Positions 23,901-35,081 of a stretch of 41,789 nucleotides of DNA are shown one piece after another. The position numbers were made by a program, and so were the translations under genes. Under the pieces are notes generated by a model. That model worked only from the letters and a program-made list of their open reading frames with translations, did not search any database and was not told the origin of the DNA. Every line of letters begins with the position of its first letter. Position 1 is the first letter of the stretch. The stretch is from Octopus bimaculoides (lineage: Eukaryota): assembly GCF_001194135.2 (NCBI RefSeq), contig NC_068982.1, forward strand, positions 77,390,946 through 77,432,734, given 5' to 3'.

Positions 23901-25350
23901 TGGCAGTTCTTTCTGTCTGAAAATCATGAGGAAGAGCAGCTGCTTACATGTAGGGTTGGAACCGCAACTGCCAGTACTATCCAGTACCTGTCATTTTTGG
24001 CACTTCTCCATCACTGCAGGGCTTTTCTTCCTATTTGCACTTAGTAGTTTTAACCCTTTAGTATTCAGATTATTTTGTCAAGTGTAATGCTTATTTATTT
24101 ATGTTGATTTAAATAACTCATGCATTATCTTGTAGCTTTGAGATTTTGATGATGTTATTTATTTTTAGCATGGCATTGTAGGATTAATGTAAGAGGCTGG
24201 ATCCTGTCAGTTTGAATGTAAAACAGGTAGAATATTTGGGGCCGGATATGGCTGGTTTAAATGCCAAAGGGTTAAAGGGGATGAGAGAGTGGATACTTTC
24301 ATAAGAGTGTGAGGGGGAAATAAACAGGTGTAGGTAGAGTTTAATATGAGTGATGAACTAGAGTGGGGGTGCAGTTGAGAGGGAAATACCAATATGGAGA
24401 GGGGTGAGATGGGAAATATAGGAGTGACTTAAGAAGGGGAATAGATCAGATCAGAAAGAAGTTGAATTATGTACAAATAATAGAATAGATCAGAAAGAAG
24501 TGGGATTATGTGCAAATTGTAGGAGCAGTGGAAAAGGAGGCATAGAGATACATAAGGGGCTATAATAAGTACGATATGATGATAGATATAGAATTTTGAT
24601 AACTGTTCTTCTGCATGTGACATCATAGAGTATATGAATTAATCCTATTACAAGTTTACATATCTTTGTCTTTCTCTGAAAAAATTCTATGGGTTTACAT
24701 ACAGCCCACCCAGCAAGAGTATGTAGGGTCAATGACCAAAGAGTAATAAGTGCAATCTAGTTACTCTTTATCTCCCTGTGTGTCTGTTGATTCAGAGTCT
24801 GATATTTATGTTATTCCCTGTATTTTCCTTTTTCTTACATCTTTATTATCTTATCTTCTTTCTCTTTTTGTAGACCGAGTTATGTATACATATATAAGTA
24901 CATATTTAATGTTCCTGTTTAGATAATTCTATATAAGAATTATTGTTGTTTCAATATTTTAATCTATAAGTAAGTCAATAAGGACTCAAGTATTTCTGTT
25001 ATTTAAATTGCTGAAGGTAATAGATAAAAAATAAATAACCATTAAATATTTAGCTCCCTAGTCTAGATAATCATTATCTTGTCCATATATTGTTAAACTT
25101 AATGCCAAACTAAGTAACGTATTCTATTCTCTGTCTTTTTAATTTCCATTGTAATTCTTTCGTTCTTTCTATTTATTGTAGTATCTTCTTGTTGGAAGTT
25201 GACCATGTGCTCATTAGAAGAAATGAAACCAACCTTTTGAGATGGACATAATTTTTATATATCATCTTTAGTAAACAACAATTGAAATTGGTTTAAGCAT
25301 TGGAATATGAACTGAATTTTAAGGAAGGAGAATCTGGAAAATTGTTAAAA

Positions 25351-28300
25351 ATGTCAGAAAAGCGAAAACATTCTCATTTGGATTGTAAGATTCCCAGAAA
25401 AGTACCAAAAAAGGCTTCATTTAAAATCATTTCTAAACCAAGTTTGGAAGATATAATTCCCCATAAAGTAAGAAAAAAAACTTCAATTAAAACAATTACT
25501 AAAATTGTTTCAGAAAAACAAGGTTATAATCTATGGATTAATAATAAAATTGATCTGCGTAAAATATATTTAACAAATTTCCTTTGTGAGTTATTTGCTA
25601 TGAGAGATAATGTAAGTGATCCAGAGTTTCACAAGGAAGCTCTGGTGAAGATAAGCACAGTTATAAGGGAAATTGCCTCATGGAATTATACAAGTTTGCC
25701 AAAAACCATTTGGTACTTGAAGAAATTGAGCAAAATACATCATGGTTCAAACCCACCATTTCAAATGTTACATCACAAAGTAAAATTTCGACCAGTTCAA
25801 GAAATTACTACTCAGTTTGTGAATTTCAGCCTTCTTTCTGAACAGTTATCATTTATTAATATATCAAAGATTTTAATGCTTTATGATGTTGCTGTCATTT
25901 ATGACTCCTACAGCTTGTCTATAAATTACATTAATCAAGATGGACTTTGTGAAACTTACAATTTTAACTCTCCCATCACAGATATGACACAAGTGGGAGA
26001 GCATACTGTTATGGGAAGTCTTCCTTTCAGGAATAAAATCATCTTAATTCATCCTTTCAGTATGCAATTGATAAATCTTGACCATGGTTTTTATAAACTT
26101 TCCTATGTAGAAGGAACAAAATTTGTTGGTGTGAAGTTGTTTTCTAAAACAATTTACCTTGTGGACTGGATTCAAAGAGATATACATGCTTTATTTAACA
26201 TTAATCACTTCATTTCATCAATTGCTGTTGGACCTCGAAAATTTATTCTGGTGGCTTTCAGTGGCATTCCTTGTGTTACCTGTTATAATCTCCAGGGCAG
26301 AAAATTATTCCAGTTTGATTTTCCATTCAATGATAAACTGACAGAAATTGTAGCCAACCAAAAATATTTCTATTTCTTTGAAAACAATAATATTTTCAAG
26401 GTTTCAGAATTTGGTGGCATTTCTAAGAGAATAGTTGAAAGAACTCCTCAAAAGATTTATCTTCAACAAAACAATCTTGTTTTATTCAGTAATTTTAAAT
26501 ATCAAATTATCAGCCCTAATTTCTGGCCACAACAAACCTATTTTTCTCATAATCAAAGTCCAAGGTATCTCATCAGTCTAGATATTGAAAATGCATGTGA
26601 TATAAGGGCTGTAATACCAATATCAAGACATTGTTTTATAATTATTTATTTAAAAGATTTCATAAAGTTACTCATTTTTCGTGATGAAAACAAAATTATT
26701 GAACATTCTTTAACCCTGGAATCACCATTGATTGATGTCTCTCGATGGGCTGAGGACAAGATCATTGTTTCATTTGGCAGGAAATTCCAAAAGATCTCCT
26801 GGGACAATTATAATCTTGTTGCAACAAATATACAAGAGACTGCAAGTGAAATTTACATCCAAATTAGTCATATTATATCAGACAAATTTGTATGTTTAGT
26901 AGATGGACATAAAGCTCAACTACATATCATATGTGTGACAGAAAGTAAAATTGAACCTATCGAGTTTATAAATTTGGAACATGGAAATGTCTCCATTGCA
27001 GCCTCCCCACTCAATTTAATGGTAGTTGACAAAATGGATAAAAAACTTATGATTTTTTCTACTCACGGAGAACAATTATTTCAAATACAGCTTCCTGTGA
27101 TTGAACAGCCAAGGAAAGTGTATTCAGATATCCTTTATTTTTATGTAATTTCTAACAACAACTCAATTAGGACATACAATATATATGGACAGCTAAAGAG
27201 AGAGTGGAAAATTCCACGTCATTTTCTGCCAGTAATTGGTGTTCAGAAAGGGACAGTTACCATTGTGGACCCAATAAACAGTATACTTCATTGCTATAAA
27301 TTTCTTTGTGGTGATGGGTATCAAGTTCCAGTGAAGACTCTTAAAGACACCACAAGCACTGATATAATTTATGATGACCAAAATCAAACCAAAGCTATTA
27401 TTGGTTCTGTATGTCTTGTGCCCAATGGTCAGTTAGCTATTGCTGAGTGGGGAAAAAATAAATTGTTACTATGTTGCAAGAAAGGAAATATTAACCATCA
27501 GCTTAGTGTACCATCTCCAATTACTGATATCTGTCGATGGGATTGCAACAATTTAGGATTAACATTACCTCTTGAAAAGCAACTCTGGATTTTTGATTAT
27601 GTTTCAAATCATATTAGAGTAAGTTCCCTTGAACAGCCATATGTTCTCATACGTAAGTTAGATAATGACAGGGCTATTTGCTACTGTGACAAATCTAACT
27701 GTCTAGATATAGTTACAATAAAACTCACTAGTCAACAACCAACCAGACATTTAGCTATATGTCCCAGTTATATCAAATCTTTACATTTGTGGCACAACAA
27801 TATTCTGGCACTCACCAAAAGTCAATTGTTGGAATACAACACTTCTTTTTGTGGTTCTCCTACTATTTTATATCCCAAATTTGGTTCTGGAAGCTGTCTG
27901 TATGGTGTATGTTCTGACAAAACAGCCATATATTTAATTGATGACTCACAAATGTTTTCATTCAACGAAGAGACATTAATGGTTTGTGATTATGTGTCTT
28001 GCCAGCAGCTTAAATCTTTCATTGATCAACTTGATATCTTCTCTTGTACAGCAGTTGTTACTGATACATTATCATCTGTAGTACATCGTCAAGATTTATC
28101 AATGAGATTAAGTAAACATGTCTATCAAGTACCACATACTTATAAAGACACAAAGAGGATCATTATTTCAGCTCTGTTAATTACAGATAACAATTTAATA
28201 GCAATCTGTGATAAAAACAACTGCAGCGTAAAGATATTAACTTTTAAGGGTGAACTAATTGATACGCTGGATTTGAACTCATCACCTACAGGGATTTGTC

Positions 28301-30375
28301 ATTGTTTATCCAATAGTTTTGCTATTTCTACCAACACAGACAAACTGTTAACAGTTCAAGTTCAGTTTCCTTTAACTTATGTCAGCTTTAAGACATGTAA
28401 GAACTACAGATGCATCGCTTCATTCTCGGATGGACGTTTAGTATGTAGCTGGACAGACGATGGAAGCGATGGTCTAAGTATAGTTGATTTAAAATCATCT
28501 GTTTGTAAGGAAAAGCACATAAATGGTTGGAATGAAATAAGGAGGAAAACTATTCATGATATGACAGTTACTCCCAGTGATGAAATAGTGGTTCACTGTT
28601 ATGATGAAGATGATACTTTTAGTGAAGTAATATTTTTAAATATCCATGGTCAAATCACAAAGCAAGTAACTCCTCTTAATATGTCCCTGCCTGTTAGTAT
28701 CACTAGTGATAAACTTTATATTTACATAATAACAAGTCAACCAATTGACTACTATTACAGGGTCACACGTTTGTCGATGGATGGCAAATATCACAGCATG
28801 TTTCTTCATCCGCATGAGTTAATTGATGAATCAGTGTTAACTGCTATGAACTGTCGGGGACCACGATTTGTTATGGTCAACAGTTGCAATAATCTCTATA
28901 CAGAAGGACTGTTGACTCTTGATAGAGAAATACTTTCATTATCTCATCTCCAATGTGATAACTTCCCAGTACAAGTGAAAGATTTTGATGTATCTGAGAG
29001 AGGTCAGATTGTTATCTATGACAGAAAGAATGACATTGTTAAATGTTTTAGAAGTGGTGGATTGTTTTTGTGTCACAAGCAAATTAATTTCATAGTGGGA
29101 GGTTTATGTTTCATTGAGACAGGGAATATTCTAATCACTGTGCCCCAGATAAGAGAAATACAGGAGTTGAGTAAAAAAACTTTAAGTGTTAAGAGGGTAT
29201 TTAATACTGAAATACCGTATTGTAAAATACACCGAAAAATCCACAATCTTTATTGGTGTCTGGATTTAGAATCAACTGAATGTCATCTTGTTAAAATAGA
29301 AAATAATAACACTATTGTAATTATTGAGAAAATTCTGCTTATCCAACATCCTGGATATCAGTTTTGGTTCAATTCTGAAGAAGAAACAAATAGATTTAAC
29401 CAAGAAGGGAAATTGCGAAATAGTCAAGGTTTGTACATTCAAGCTATAAAAAGATCCAGAAATTGTAACAAGAGATTGCTAAAACAAGCTGGTGATTATA
29501 TTGCAAGTTGTAGAGAGGGATCAAATATTGTAGCAGTAAGGAAATTGCCATGGAGAAAGGAAATTGTTTGTATTCCTCATTTAGTAGATAAAACTTTAGA
29601 AACCTCTCACTATGGAGCACATTTTCTTCTTCTGGACAACAATAAAATGGTTGTAAGTTATAATGACAATGTAATAGTAGTAAGAACTAAAGAAACAGCA
29701 ATGGCAACATCTGAAAATTTACACAAATTCAAAACTGATGCTGAAGTTAGTAACCTTTGTCAATGGAAGCAGGAGAGTCTTGTTTTTTGTCTCCCTTCAG
29801 AAAAACAATTTGTATTTTATAATTCTGATTTCTCTTTACAGAAAAGAATATGTACAGACAAAAGCTATGAGTATATTGGCAAAACCAGCAATAATTGCTT
29901 GGTATGTTGTAGAGGGGGTGGAGTAAAAAGGTTAGGGAGAAGTGAGATATATAGTGGTGCCTGTATAGATATATTGCTCATTGAAGATAGCACTTATGTT
30001 TACAAGAGTCAGAATGATATAACTGATGGTATTATATATGATATAGCTGTGATGTTAGATGGTGACGTTGTGGTGAGTGGAGAATTTGAAGGTAAAGATT
30101 CAGTTTGTTGGTTCAACCATGATATCATCAAGATAATAGTAGTACCTGTAATTGGAAATCCAAAACGAATCACAGCCTTTGGACAGTATGCTTACTACTT
30201 TGACTGGTATGGTATTATATATCGTGTCTCCATTGATGGTGATTGCCAGAGATATATCACTACAGACAACAGAGAAATTATTACAGTTCATGATTTACAT
30301 GCCTCAGATTTCAGTTTGATTTTGTTTGGACAATTTGTTGAAAGTGATAGTGCTATCTGCTTTTACCAAATATGA
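25351..30375 (+). CDS. Single-exon ~1674-aa protein: basic N-terminal region plus six tandem NHL-like/6-bladed beta-propeller units
   Basis: 5-kb stop-free frame in ~31% GC DNA. There is an in-frame TAA at 25294-25296, so the first ATG (AAAAATG, A at -3) at 25351 is the likely start rather than the TTG at 25300. A motif series recurs every ~220-270 aa: SPITDMTQV (~25969), SPLIDVSRW (26722), SPITDICRW (27514), SPTGICHC (28282), IVGGLCFI (~29092), EVSNLCQW (29743). Unit 4 (IISALLITDNNLIAICDKNNCSVKILTFKGELIDTLDLNSSPTGIC) resembles mollusc TRIM/NHL propeller blades. ORF reality is high confidence; the fold is inferred. Confidence 0.88.
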   Translation: MSEKRKHSHLDCKIPRKVPKKASFKIISKPSLEDIIPHKVRKKTSIKTITKIVSEKQGYNLWINNKIDLRKIYLTNFLCELFAMRDNVSDPEFHKEALVKISTVIREIASWNYTSLPKTIWYLKKLSKIHHGSNPPFQMLHHKVKFRPVQEITTQFVNFSLLSEQLSFINISKILMLYDVAVIYDSYSLSINYINQDGLCETYNFNSPITDMTQVGEHTVMGSLPFRNKIILIHPFSMQLINLDHGFYKLSYVEGTKFVGVKLFSKTIYLVDWIQRDIHALFNINHFISSIAVGPRKFILVAFSGIPCVTCYNLQGRKLFQFDFPFNDKLTEIVANQKYFYFFENNNIFKVSEFGGISKRIVERTPQKIYLQQNNLVLFSNFKYQIISPNFWPQQTYFSHNQSPRYLISLDIENACDIRAVIPISRHCFIIIYLKDFIKLLIFRDENKIIEHSLTLESPLIDVSRWAEDKIIVSFGRKFQKISWDNYNLVATNIQETASEIYIQISHIISDKFVCLVDGHKAQLHIICVTESKIEPIEFINLEHGNVSIAASPLNLMVVDKMDKKLMIFSTHGEQLFQIQLPVIEQPRKVYSDILYFYVISNNNSIRTYNIYGQLKREWKIPRHFLPVIGVQKGTVTIVDPINSILHCYKFLCGDGYQVPVKTLKDTTSTDIIYDDQNQTKAIIGSVCLVPNGQLAIAEWGKNKLLLCCKKGNINHQLSVPSPITDICRWDCNNLGLTLPLEKQLWIFDYVSNHIRVSSLEQPYVLIRKLDNDRAICYCDKSNCLDIVTIKLTSQQPTRHLAICPSYIKSLHLWHNNILALTKSQLLEYNTSFCGSPTILYPKFGSGSCLYGVCSDKTAIYLIDDSQMFSFNEETLMVCDYVSCQQLKSFIDQLDIFSCTAVVTDTLSSVVHRQDLSMRLSKHVYQVPHTYKDTKRIIISALLITDNNLIAICDKNNCSVKILTFKGELIDTLDLNSSPTGICHCLSNSFAISTNTDKLLTVQVQFPLTYVSFKTCKNYRCIASFSDGRLVCSWTDDGSDGLSIVDLKSSVCKEKHINGWNEIRRKTIHDMTVTPSDEIVVHCYDEDDTFSEVIFLNIHGQITKQVTPLNMSLPVSITSDKLYIYIITSQPIDYYYRVTRLSMDGKYHSMFLHPHELIDESVLTAMNCRGPRFVMVNSCNNLYTEGLLTLDREILSLSHLQCDNFPVQVKDFDVSERGQIVIYDRKNDIVKCFRSGGLFLCHKQINFIVGGLCFIETGNILITVPQIREIQELSKKTLSVKRVFNTEIPYCKIHRKIHNLYWCLDLESTECHLVKIENNNTIVIIEKILLIQHPGYQFWFNSEEETNRFNQEGKLRNSQGLYIQAIKRSRNCNKRLLKQAGDYIASCREGSNIVAVRKLPWRKEIVCIPHLVDKTLETSHYGAHFLLLDNNKMVVSYNDNVIVVRTKETAMATSENLHKFKTDAEVSNLCQWKQESLVFCLPSEKQFVFYNSDFSLQKRICTDKSYEYIGKTSNNCLVCCRGGGVKRLGRSEIYSGACIDILLIEDSTYVYKSQNDITDGIIYDIAVMLDGDVVVSGEFEGKDSVCWFNHDIIKIIVVPVIGNPKRITAFGQYAYYFDWYGIIYRVSIDGDCQRYITTDNREIITVHDLHASDFSLILFGQFVESDSAICFYQI

Positions 30376-30679
30376 ATGCATTTTACTAACTAAACAGGAA
30401 ACTATAAAGGCCAAGCTATCTTTGGGCTGCATGCATCTCTTAAATCCTTATTGCAAAAGTAGAAATCAGCAAACAAGAACTACATTCTGTGTATAGACTT
30501 TTTTGTGCAATTTAATCTGAGGAAGAATCAAAATATTCTTAAACTTTCATGTTTTCTTTGATATTTGTCACCACTAGAATATGGTGACAATGCCGTTATA
30601 AATATGTATAAATTATCATAGCTTACAAAGGCTCACAGCTGCATTGGCTGGAGTATTTTCTGTGATGCAGACCTAGCTA

Positions 30680-31624
30680 CCGTGTTTCCCTGAAAATAAG
30701 CCCTACCATGATTTTTCAGGATGTTTTTAATATAAGCCCTACCCCAAAAATAAGATACAGTCAAAAATGCATCAGCAAGGCCATGTGATGTTTGCAAAGT
30801 AAGCGAACTAGTGCAGCTTGGCTAAAGTCTGTACTAAGCATGCATGCACGGAGTTGACTCCCTTGTCCCCCCCCCCCGACAAGATGAGTGCAAAAAGAAA
30901 GAGTTATTCCATGGAGTACAAGAAAAGAATTGTGGTAGAATCACATAACAAGAATCTTACGGCTTTGTGTAAAGAGATGATGTTGGATCTCTGAATAGTT
31001 CGAAAATGGTGAGCAGAGTACAATAATCTCAACCGACAGGTAGATGATGGAAGTGCTAAGAAGTGTGGATCAGGTCGACAACCATTATTTTTGGAGCTGG
31101 TAGATATCACCCTGGGATGGATTACTGACAGAAGAACAAAGGCTTTGGTTGTACATAGGGTTGATATTCAAGAATTTGCTCTTGCAATGGTACCACAGTT
31201 GGATATACCCCCAGATAGTCGCATTGCCAATGCACTACAAGCAAGGTACTTGGACAAAAAGTGTTCATTTAAGGAAAGTTATATTACCAAACATGAGAGA
31301 TTGGGGTCCATGATTTTACAAGAAGTGGATTTGCAAGAAATTCAGTCTGAAGTTCAGGGTTTGATGATTTATGACTATGTTCCAGAAGAGGACAAAATGT
31401 TTCTATTTGACTAAAAACAATAAGCAAATAAATAAACTTTTGATAACTAAAAACATGGGTATCCTTTTTACAATTTTTTCCTTTTACACGAGGACATGAA
31501 ACTTTTTTGTCTTTCTTGGATTTTTTCCGCAAAAATATAAGACATCCCCGCAAAAATAAGCCCTAGTGCATTTTTTGGATGCAAAATTATTATAAGACCA
31601 GATCTTATTTTTGGAGAAACATGG
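30680..31624 (+). mobile_element. Internally deleted pogo/Tigger-type DNA transposon
   Basis: TA|CCGTGTTTCCCTGAAAATAAG...CTTATTTTTGGAGAAACATGG|TA. Encodes KRKSYSMEYKKRIV and LELVDITLGWITDRRTKALVVHRVDIQEFA (CENP-B-type HTH); no DDE domain remains. Confidence 0.85.
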
Positions 31625-31626
31625 TA

Positions 31627-31900
31627 TGTGCTGTTGGGAGGACAGACTTGATATTCCTCATCAGCTAAAGAAAACAACAAATATCAGGACTTGGTTAATA
31701 AGACCTTTGTCAAGGGATATCATGCAGCCTCATTCCTTATTGAAGTCAATTGCTGTGGATTTGCCACAAGTTTGTTGTGCTATTTTCCGTAGATGACTGG
31801 CCTGGAACCCAAACAGCTGAAGAAAGCCTAAGGAAATTGGCATGGCAGCTGAAACCTGCTCAAGGTGGCTGTGGTTGTCTGATTGCTAATGGAACCCTTC
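31627..31900 (+). mobile_element. Decayed RLE-type (HERO/NeSL-like) retroelement C-terminus
   Basis: Across a frameshift: WEDRLDIPHQLKK / KYQDLVNKTFVKGYHAASFLIEVNCCGFA, resembling VPWE...KYxxL...P(I/V)EVGCRGF. Confidence 0.5.
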
Positions 31901-33136
31901 TGCGGGCAAAAAATAATGTCCTCACTGCCCCACTCAGGTAAAGTGTACAGGTTAAGGAGTGAAATGCTCATGATTCTGAAATACCTGCTGATGATATGGA
32001 AGAGTTTCTGACATTGTGATTGATTTAGGAGAAGAGCTTGCCATTACATCTGAGTAACCCAGTAGTTTCTGCACGGGGCAAAACATCTCCAATATTTGTT
32101 TCACCAGTGGTTGCCATGAAAGCCTTTAGAGATTGTAAGTCTTTAACATCTGTAGACAATCCAATTGGCTTTAGGTGTAATAAGAACTAAGTGTTTTCTT
32201 GTTACTATATATTGTCTGTTTTGGTGCCAGTGAACATAACTAGGTTACCATATCTCCATTGTTGGCCAATTTTTGAGTCTCTGTTCACACAGTATACACA
32301 CCTACTGAAAAGTGTTGAATTTTTGTATGGATAAGGGCTGAGAAAGAGAGGGAGTATTCTATGGTTTTGTTAACAAAGTGTATGAAGTTAGAGATGAATG
32401 TCACTAGGGCAATTAAATATCAGAGAGATAATTAACATATTGGGTGGATGTGATGAGGGCAATTAAATGTAATATAGATAATTAACCCATAATGTACACT
32501 CAAATTGATAGAGGGAATGTTGGAGGTTGTTCCATTGATATATGCTATGATGAGACATAAGGACATGACTAGAAACTTCTGATCCTTTGTTATTACAGTC
32601 AAGTAATCAAAATGAAGTGTAATGTGGGTGAAGTTCTATGATTCATATAAAGAAAAACCTGACATTTAATGATTGAAAACCTATTGTATCAGTGCCAACT
32701 ATTAAGATTCTGGTATATGGAGTTTATCATAGGCAAATTTAACCAAGTTATGATCACTGCAACCATTTAAGGAGTTACCTCCACAATCTTGAGGGCCTGT
32801 TTTAAAGCAAACACTATGAAAAAAAGGAGGATCCTCTGAGAAAGCTCTTTTATTTATTAACAACGCAACTTTTAATTAATGTCCCTTCTCTTCAATTATT
32901 TGTTGTTTTAAAAAAAGGAACTAGAAAATGTGCCTGCTTATTTATTCCATTATCACTTTTGGTACTAACCCTTCTGAGGCACTCCTGGTTCTGTGATACA
33001 AATTTCCTATTATAAAATGACCTTAATTAAAACATTCCATCAAAATTTCTTTTTCATTCATGTTTTATTTTCAGGTGTATCTAACTGTCTTACCTGGATG
33101 TTAAAATAATAAGGATGATGATGATGTATGTATGTA

Positions 33137-33960
33137 TCTGGACAAGACTGTTGTAATGTTCCAGCCTGAACAAGGAAATCCATATGTGGAACCAGCTATC
33201 TTGGTTGAAGGAACAATTCTGAAAGTGGTAGATACCTTTGTCTATCTGGGCAGCACACTCAGCCGTTCTTGCTCCCTGGATGGTGAAATATCTTTCAGGC
33301 TGCAGAGAGCAACTGATTCCTTCCGGTCTCTTCAGTCTCGTGTTTGGTCCCAGCATGGCATCACAAGGCAAACAAAAATTGCTGTGTACCGTGCTTGTGT
33401 ACTAACATCGCTCCTCTACTCGTGTGAAACATGGACTCTGTACAAATGTCAGGTAAGGGTCCTTGAACGCTTTCATCAAAGATGTCTCAGACACATTCTG
33501 AATGTTGGCTGGACCTTAAAAACTCCAGACACACAGGTCCTGAGGACAGCTGATATCTTGAGTACTGAGGTGATGTGCATAAGCACCGGTTACATTGGAG
33601 TGGATACCTTATTAGAATGAAAGATAGCAAGATCCCCAAACAGATGCTATATGGGGATCTTGTGAATGGAAAGAGACCCCGGCAGAAACCAAGGCTCTGA
33701 TTTAAGGACTGTGTCAAGTCCTCATTAAAGGCCTGGGCGAACAATGTATGTCATTGCCACAGATGGAGGAAGCAGTTTAAGGAGGGGGTTGACACTTTTG
33801 AGAGAGCACGTATTCAGCATGGAGAACTTAAGTGTGCTGCTCAAAAGCACACTGCTGGTGTAGTGAATGGGGAAAGCTTGGTCTGCAATGTTTGCAGTCA
33901 TGTATGCTTGTCAAGAGCAGGGCTCATTAGCCACCAACAGAACTGCAAATGCAAAATATA
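33137..33960 (+). mobile_element. 5'-truncated RTE/BovB-type LINE
   Basis: KTVVMFQP...LKVVDTFVYLGSTLS...TKIAVYRACVLTSLLYSCETWTLY...LERFHQRCLRHIL, then KIPKQMLYGDL. The 5' junction lies in a (GAT)n/(TATG)n tract. Confidence 0.88.
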
Positions 33961-35081
33961 AGTTAGTCCTAGAGCACACAATGTCCCTGAAGGTCAGCAA
34001 TGGTCTTCCTCGGTCACAAGTGGATGGCCATCATCATGTATTCTTTTTCTCTTTTTAATTTAGAGTTAATCTTGACTGGCCACCTGCTTAGTAGCAAGGT
34101 TGTAAAGAAAGACATCTTATTTTGTTCTTCATCCTTTAAATCTTAAGAAAGTCTTGCAGATTTTTATTGTTCTAGATATCATGATATTTTGAAGCATATA
34201 AATCAAAGAGTTGCATTCTCTCCCAAAGAACAAGTTCAGCCATACTTTGATCAGTTGGTTGGCACATAGCTAATGATAATATTGTGTGTGTGTGTGTTTT
34301 GTGTGTATCCTTGTCTAGCCATCATATGATGGTTCTAAATGAACATCATCATACAAGTGAGGATGTTTGTTTCTTGTCTTCTGTGAAAAACATGTCTGAC
34401 CAAAGGGAAATATTACCATACTTGAAAACAGGAGAGTGTTGGTGACAGGAAGGGTGACCAGCTGTAAAAAATTACATCTGATGCATACAAACATGGAAAA
34501 GTGAATGTTAAATAATAATCATCAACATCATATCAAGTTTTGTCAAATGAAATAAAACCTACAGACCTGTCAAAATGTAATTGAATAGCAATTAAGAGCA
34601 TCATGTTGTCATGCATGCACACCCACACACATGTTCAGAGATAACACCAATATTTCAAATGTTGACTCATTCTGATATTAAATATCGTTAGGATATCTAT
34701 CCTAGATCATTGAAAATTTTTGTTGTAATTTTGTGACCTGGGAAGACTTACATTTAACTCTTGAGAAGTAATGTATTTATTTGAGTAATGTGTAAAATCC
34801 CAAATATAAAAAAGCAAAAATATTTTGTGGGTATACTGTCATGCACACTCACACACACACACACATATATATAATTATACATATATAAACAATAAATTAA
34901 ATAAATTGTTAAATAAGTTGTTAGATTGTCAGCTGAATCTCTCAGTTAATTTATTGTTTGTAATTTGTATTATACCCCTATTTCTGTGGCATTTAACTGA
35001 CGTACCAGTGAACTGGATGTTTTACACACCCCTTTGAAGGAATTTCTTTCCTTAGTTTGTTACTTATATATATATATATAT

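Noticed and set aside
24400-24520. Short tandem duplications (~44 bp here, ~51 bp at 32400-32500)
   Set aside because: Two-copy degenerate local duplications with no sign of function.
25300-25350. TTG start given by the ORF track (1691 aa)
   Set aside because: In a eukaryote the first ATG at 25351, in good context, is the more likely start.
30565-30590. 9-bp stem-loop TTGTCACCA/TGGTGACAA in the presumed 3' UTR
   Set aside because: Short enough to arise by chance; no conservation evidence available.
31793-31937. Apparent clean internal exon (TTTTCCGTAG...CTCAG/GTAAAG) with an open frame DWPGTQTAEESLRKLAW
   Set aside because: Another frame over this region reads as the decayed C-terminus of an RLE retroelement (KYQDLV...IEVNCCGFA), which explains the higher GC. 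No partner exons were found.
33063-33110. Strong acceptor TTTTATTTTCAG followed by a short frame ending in a stop
   Set aside because: No linked upstream coding exon can be supported; such motifs are common in AT-rich DNA.
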